Origin: Octopus sinensis
Lineage: Eukaryota
Assembly (NCBI RefSeq): GCF_006345805.1
Contig: NC_043002.1
Location: 115,382,001 to 115,446,000 of the forward strand
Length of the DNA stretch: 64,000 nt
Reading direction: 5' to 3'
Shown: positions 57,990-64,000 of the stretch, in pieces
Layout: each line of letters opens with the position of its first letter
Numbering within the stretch: position 1 is the first letter of the stretch
Notes under the pieces: model-generated
Database searches by the model: none
Told to the model about the DNA's origin: nothing
What the model saw: only the letters and a program-made list of their open reading frames with translations
Made by a program: the position numbers and the translations under genes

Positions 57990-60900
57990 CTGAAAATAAT
58001 AGACACAGTATGATCACTACTGACCCCCACTCAAATGCCACATCAATACCAATGCTAAATATCAGATACCTGTCACAACTTAGTAACAGAAGTAAAATTG
58101 TAAAATCTTCTGCTCGAGAAGTTTTGTAACATGCAATCAAACAATATGCATGACATCTAAGGAAATGCATCTAACAAGAAATATAGCAGATAAGGAAATA
58201 TACCGGCCAACTTTCACACTGGAAGCTAGGAGAGAAGTCAATGTGGAGCTGCCGTGTAGATGTCAAGCCATTAATCCTGCTGTCACACTTAAACTCGGTT
58301 TGTGATAGACTAATAATAAATATAGATCAATTCCATGTTTTTTATATGCACTTATCTTCTACTACGTGTCTTAAAATCATTATTATAAATTTAAAGATAG
58401 GTTTAGAAAGATAGAGGAGCTATTAATCAAACAACAAATGTTGTTTATTAGGTGATTTCAATCTCTTTAATGTCAACTAGCGCGAAAAAACATTTTCAAG
58501 ATATCACTGCATGGACAAAGGTTAATAGAATTTCTTCTTTATCTTTCTAATATGCTGTTTGTAGATCAACTTACATTCTAGTCAACCAGAGACTTGTCAC
58601 AGAGGATTTGAACTCAGAATATATAGGTAGGTAACTAATACTGCTAGACATTTTGAGTGGCGTTGTATCAAGTCTTCAGTCCACTACCCTATTTTATTCT
58701 GTAAAAACTTGGTCCAAGTGCCCTCTTTTAGTGGTTCAGAGAAAGATATATTATATTCTTAAGTTCCATTTCCTACTCGAAGAAAAGAGAAATCTATCCG
58801 ATATCGAAATACTCGGCAATAAGAGTATTGTGAGGGATCTAATTCGTTACAGTAGCAATTTGTATCTAACAATGGTACTAATTTACAGCTGGACTGACCG
58901 AGCGAAAGTAAGGTATCTTACTGGTGACGTTTTATAAACAATTTACCCTTTGATTTGTCGTTTGGAACTTTAGCGACTTGACCGTCTGCCACCACATATG
59001 TAGCATGAGAAAACGATAAATATGATTGTTTGAAATCAATCAATTTTCTTTTGTATTTGATGATTAGCGATAACTTAGCATTTATCCATTATTTATAGTT
59101 CTCAGTATGCGATTTCATGGAAGGAGCGACGTCCTTGAAAGGACGATGTGGCACGAAGCCGTTATAAACAGTTTACCGAATGATCAGAATCAATCAGAAC
59201 AAAAATGAAAAACCTCGAGAAAATGGCGCAAAATATGGTTTGGCCTTTCTTAAAGATAAACTGAAAACATTGAAATTATTTTAAACGTAAAATACTTTTT
59301 CTGCATTCATTTTCCCTATTTATGCTCATTTCGAAAATAGATATTGACAAAAACAGTAATTAGTTACGGCAATTAGTTTAATTCCATTGAGTTCAAAGTT
59401 CTCCATAGTCACCTTTTTTTGCTCCATTGATTATGCCTCCTTTTCTTACAAATACTCTTGAGAAAGGCATGATTGTCATATGCTCTTGTTTGATCAGAAA
59501 TCGGATTTCTATGCAAAAAAACAATACTATAAACCATTTCTTCTATAAATTATTGAGGGTAAACTATATGAATGTCAAATAATTAGTGTGCCACACAAAA
59601 AAAAATCACCTGACAGGAAAATGTTAAAAATTTATTTATATTCAGCTGAAAAAGTATTACAAGAATCAGCTATTTTCAGTTTTGAAACAGGATGATTTAT
59701 TTTTTATACCCTGTGTTATTATTCATGATTTATTATCAATAATATTCTATCTGCTCTCTTTATACGCACTCCTGTTCTTGTTTGATCAAACTAGCATTTA
59801 ATGGGTCACAAATAGCATTTTAATGACCTTTTCTTTTTACGGTTACGTCGATTAACAATTTTGTTTATAATTACTTTAGCTACTCTACTTCACTAATATT
59901 ATAACAATGCCAAATTATTATTGATTACTAGACCATCAATATTTGTGATTATCCTACAGTTCATACAGACTCAACACACATTCACAAGCATCTATATTTC
60001 TCAGTTTCTCCTTATTCATTCAGGTTATCTTGGTTCTAAATACAGCAGCTTTATTAAACAACTTTTGCCTAACTCTGAAGTTGCATCCGCGTTTCTTATT
60101 GTTTTGGTTTGATTTGGTTTGATAATCACTTCTTAATTTATTCACAATGACGTTCATAACATTCTTCGTGTATCTCTGATTTTAAGTTGTTCTTATAAAA
60201 TATTTCGTCGTACTTGTGGACGAGTGAACATTATGTTCTCCATAAATGTTCCTTATAACATTAGTTGCTACATTCTAACTGAAACACCAGTTAAACCAGA
60301 TGAGGCTGTGATTTAGGTATTTGCTTGGTAAGAAGTTGATCTTTACTTCAAACTTACTTCTCTCTTGTACATTATTTTATTTTAAAATATTTATTAGCCA
60401 CAGAAATAGTATTAATACCGAGAAGTAATACTTATCCCCGTTAAACGCCGATGTTATGTTAGAACAAAGTTTCTCATCTTGGCTTTAGAAGCAAAATGCA
60501 CCAGGAGCGTACATTTTGCGCCAAAAGCCAAAGAGTTTCTATCGTGATATCTACCGAAGTAAAGTTTATTCAAACAGAACATCCGCGTTTCATTAGTTTA
60601 TAAGCTTTGGTGAGGTTGGTCCTGATAGAGAATATATTAAATATTTCACTTAAATTACTACACTGAATTTTTCAAGCATTTAGTGAAGGTTTCAGTGAAA
60701 TTTCTTGATAATATATATTAGGTTGCAGTTCAGCCATATGGCTAATGTTTTATAGTTCCCATGTCGAATGTAACGACTATTTTTAGCAGAGTAAAGGTCC
60801 TGGACACAATCCGTAACTCATTTCGATTTCGGTTACTACTATTTGCGTTTCAGTGCGTTTGCCAACCTTCGTGTAAAACTGAAGCTACGAGCTTCTATTG

Positions 60901-61599
60901 TTATTCATCCAACATATTCAGATATATCTATGCTGCTTAGTAACTGTCAATGACATTATGTTCATAGATAAATTCTTATGTATTGGTATGACTAATATAT
61001 ATCCCTGCTTGTCTCATTTTCTTGTCTCCCACTTGTACAAGCGCGCGCACATACACATGCATTTATCCTACACACACATACACACAAACACACACACACA
61101 CACACACAATTTCTGTGTGCGTAGGGTAAATATGTGGAGGTTATTTATTTCTGTTAAAATATGCCTCTTATTTTGATGTCATTTCATTCACCAGACATCA
61201 TCAATTAGATCGAATCAATATTGATTTCAAGCGGCTTACAGTTAAGCATTTATAATTCAATGTTTCACTGGGTTTTTTTTTCTCTTTTTCATTTTCTTCT
61301 TGTTTTGATTGGTACACTACTAGTACACTACCAGCCGTGTAACTATTTCCACTTCCATTTTGTTTTGTCCAGTTTTCATTCATCTTAATTAGCTCATATA
61401 GTCATCATTTCTGACAAACATTAAATATCCTGTCCAGTAAACACTGCGATCCAGGGGAACTAGTGATGGTCCTCGTCGGCAATTAGTGAATACAAACAAA
61501 GTAAACTAGTTTGTTGTAAGAAAGATGAAACTTCTAACGTTTTGAGAAGTATACTTCGTCTGAGAGACTGATGCTATTGATGGAAGCGAAGAGACTTAC

Positions 61600-61671
61600 T
61601 GGAAGCAGTAACTACTCCCAATCTATCTTCGGCAGCACTTTCAAAGTGCACTGACCGAAATGGTTGCCCTG
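61600..61671 (-). CDS. Weak candidate exon (GQPFRSVHFESAAEDRLGVVTAS)
   Basis: Strong donor CCA|GTAAGT at 61599 but poor acceptor; phase 1 to 1. Confidence 0.15.
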
Positions 61672-62454
61672 CTTATTCAGGGCAAGCCAATTTATGTTAT
61701 TTTAAAATTATATGTTTCTGTATTGCAACTCTTGCTGCTGCAATAACTTAGATAGCATTAGGTCAATTTATATCTTACAGTTGTGCATAGCTTGAAGTGT
61801 TTGTTCGTATTGTATGAAGAGGTGTGTTCTGTTATTGTATTTTAATAAGACTGCTTTATCTCAGGCTACATTATCTATTATGTTCACTTATAAACAAAAA
61901 ACATGGCAGATTGTGATTTTAGAGAAAATTGACTACTGTTTTTACAAGGTCGTTCGACCACTTAGAGGCTCCCTCATTAGCTCGATTTTGATTTAGTTTT
62001 TCATTTAAGCGTTAGGAAATGAAATTAAGATTAAAACAGAAATATTTAACAGCTGCTCCATCAATAAATATTATTTACACTTAAATTGATCATGAGATCA
62101 AGAAGAAATTTCAGCTTTAACTTACGGTTATCATTATGCTGCTCCAATGACGACACGGCTTCAACAAGCGGAGGAAGTCCCATTCATTTAATATTCATCA
62201 ATTTCAAATAGAAGTGAAGCCATGTATGTTAACGAAATTAAAAATTCCGACAAGTCTTAAAGCAATTTTTTTTTTCCCATCTAAAAATTTTATTAAAAGC
62301 ATTGCTGAATCTTCACTTCAAGAGATATCCTGCAAAGGTTGTGTTAACAAACAAAAAGTTGAGTGGCATTTTTTTAAATGTAAAATTTAAACAAATGAAA
62401 AACGGAAAATAATAAAAATGCAGCACAAAATATATTTTGCAAATTCAGAGAATA

Positions 62455-62555
62455 TTACTCAGAGTTTCACGTAACCGATCATCAGGCAATCATGAGAATG
62501 ATTGTTTTATATAATGACGACGGTCTAGTGATCGGTTACATGAAACTCTGAGTAA
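62455..62555. repeat. 101-bp hairpin element with 27-bp inverted arms
   Basis: TTACTCAGAGTTTCACGTAACCGATCA / TGATCGGTTACATGAAACTCTGAGTAA. Confidence 0.8.
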
Positions 62556-62649
62556 CAGTTTGTGAAGTCTTTTCAGCTTCTACAAAATACTATTTTATTT
62601 TTGGTATTGGTATTCGAGTACTACTTTCTCCACCTTACTTACCATTTAT

Positions 62650-62713
<64 letters not shown>

Positions 62714-62796
62714 TCTCTCTCTCTCACATACACACACACAGATATATATATATTTTTCTTCCAGCGCTGACTTATATATATATATATATATATATA

Positions 62797-64000
62797 TCGG
62801 GCATCCCATAAATAATGCGGCTTTTTATACTTCTTTTATTTTTCAAAATTAAGATAAACAAAGTTCATTTTTAATATCAAATATACTCTCCTTCTACGAG
62901 GCACTTCCCATCTATCTAGTAGACTTGCAAGGCCCCTCTTCCAAAATTCACTTGCCCGTGACGAAAAATACTACTCCAGTACTGTTCTGACCTCTTCAAC
63001 AGAATTCATATTTTTTCCGCCCTCAGAGAGGACAATATCCGGCGAATATGGTGGGAGGGGGATAAATAGTTTTCCACTCAAGCTGCTCTAGCCTTTGAAA
63101 TATCATCTTCGATGTATCTGAGCATTATCCTGATTGAAAAACACCTTTCATCGTGAAACCAAAGATGGTCATTTTTCTTAAGCCGCCCAAGCTGCTCGCA
63201 GCTGATCTCCTTTGTTATCGTTTGGTTTGGGTCTAAAAGTTTAAAGTGGACTAAACCTTTAATATCCCACCAAACAGATAACAACACCTTACGTGGGTGA
63301 AGACCTTCTTTAGCCTGGAGTGCCGGTGTTTCTCCTTTCTCTACCTGCTGTCTTCGGCACTTGACATTTTTATAGAGAACCCATTTCTCGTCATCCAAAA
63401 CGATTCATTCGTGAGACATGACCACAAAGAAGAGCACACATTCCCTCTCTGCGCACGATTAGAAACGGAAAGTTTGTGAGGAACCCATTGACCCAATTTG
63501 CTGACTTTTCCGATTGCACGCAGGTGTCGATGAATGGTTAAATGACCAAATCCAAGCTTCTCTGCTAGTTTCTCAACAGTTAAGATGGGATTTTGTTTCA
63601 CCAGGCTATGCCCAACGTCCTCGACGAGCTCTTCACATCTACCAGATCGAGGCTCGTCTTCTTGGCTGTAGTTTCCGGCTCGGAATTTCTGGAACCACCG
63701 TTGACACTGACTTATGCTTATTGTCCGATCCCCATATAATGCACTAATATTCCTCACACTTTCCATTGTGTTATTGCCTTTATTGAACTCATAAAACAAA
63801 ATATGCCGAATATGCTCCTTTGTCACTTCCATTATAGATGTGAAAAAATAACTGTTAAAATCGAACTGCACTCTTCAGAACTTGCGCTAAGAATAAGTAC
63901 AAAGTAAAATTACTTCCTGCTTTTATAGCAAGTTGATGCAGATAGTTTACCCCGTCCCACTCCGACCTGTAGTGCATACAAATGAAAAAATACGCATTAA
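62797..64000 (-). mobile_element. Second copy of the 42674-43905 mariner family, defective, running off the window edge
   Basis: TIR TCGGGCATCCCATAAATAATGCGG in (TA)n; translated N-terminus almost identical to copy 1. Confidence 0.92.

Noticed and set aside
59900-60600. Possible decayed LINE ORF1 on the minus strand
   Set aside because: Only fragmentary resemblance across several frames; cannot be supported by eye.

Overview
Eukaryotic, AT-rich, microsatellite-saturated DNA. It is most likely octopod cephalopod genomic DNA (inferred from the tRNA-derived SINE families and the R4/Dong, RTE, Tx1, Penelope and Tc1/mariner content). No prokaryotic features, CRISPR arrays, rRNA or intact tRNA genes were seen. 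Most ORFs in the supplied track are microsatellite or antisense artefacts. Recognisable content: many copies of two tRNA-headed SINE families (here A and B) plus a third (C); 5'-truncated R4/Dong LINEs chained through (TAA)n; one RTE; several Tx1-clade elements; three decayed Penelope-like elements (PLEs); five Tc1/mariner elements; Helitron and hAT non-autonomous elements; and a few weak minus-strand exon candidates of an unidentified host gene. Four signals stand out. (i) Several fold-back elements have arms carrying PLE-type minimal hammerhead ribozyme (HHR) motifs, including three adjacent ones at 32.9-34.9 kb and a tRNA-headed one at 9.5-10.5 kb. (ii) Two divergent Tx1-type ORF1 elements sit in tandem at the same nucleotide of a SINE-B tRNA-like head. 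(iii) A Tx1 element is embedded in (GATA)n. (iv) A DD34E Tc1 transposase carries a spliceosomal intron. All calls were made by eye without alignment tools; boundaries of decayed elements are approximate.
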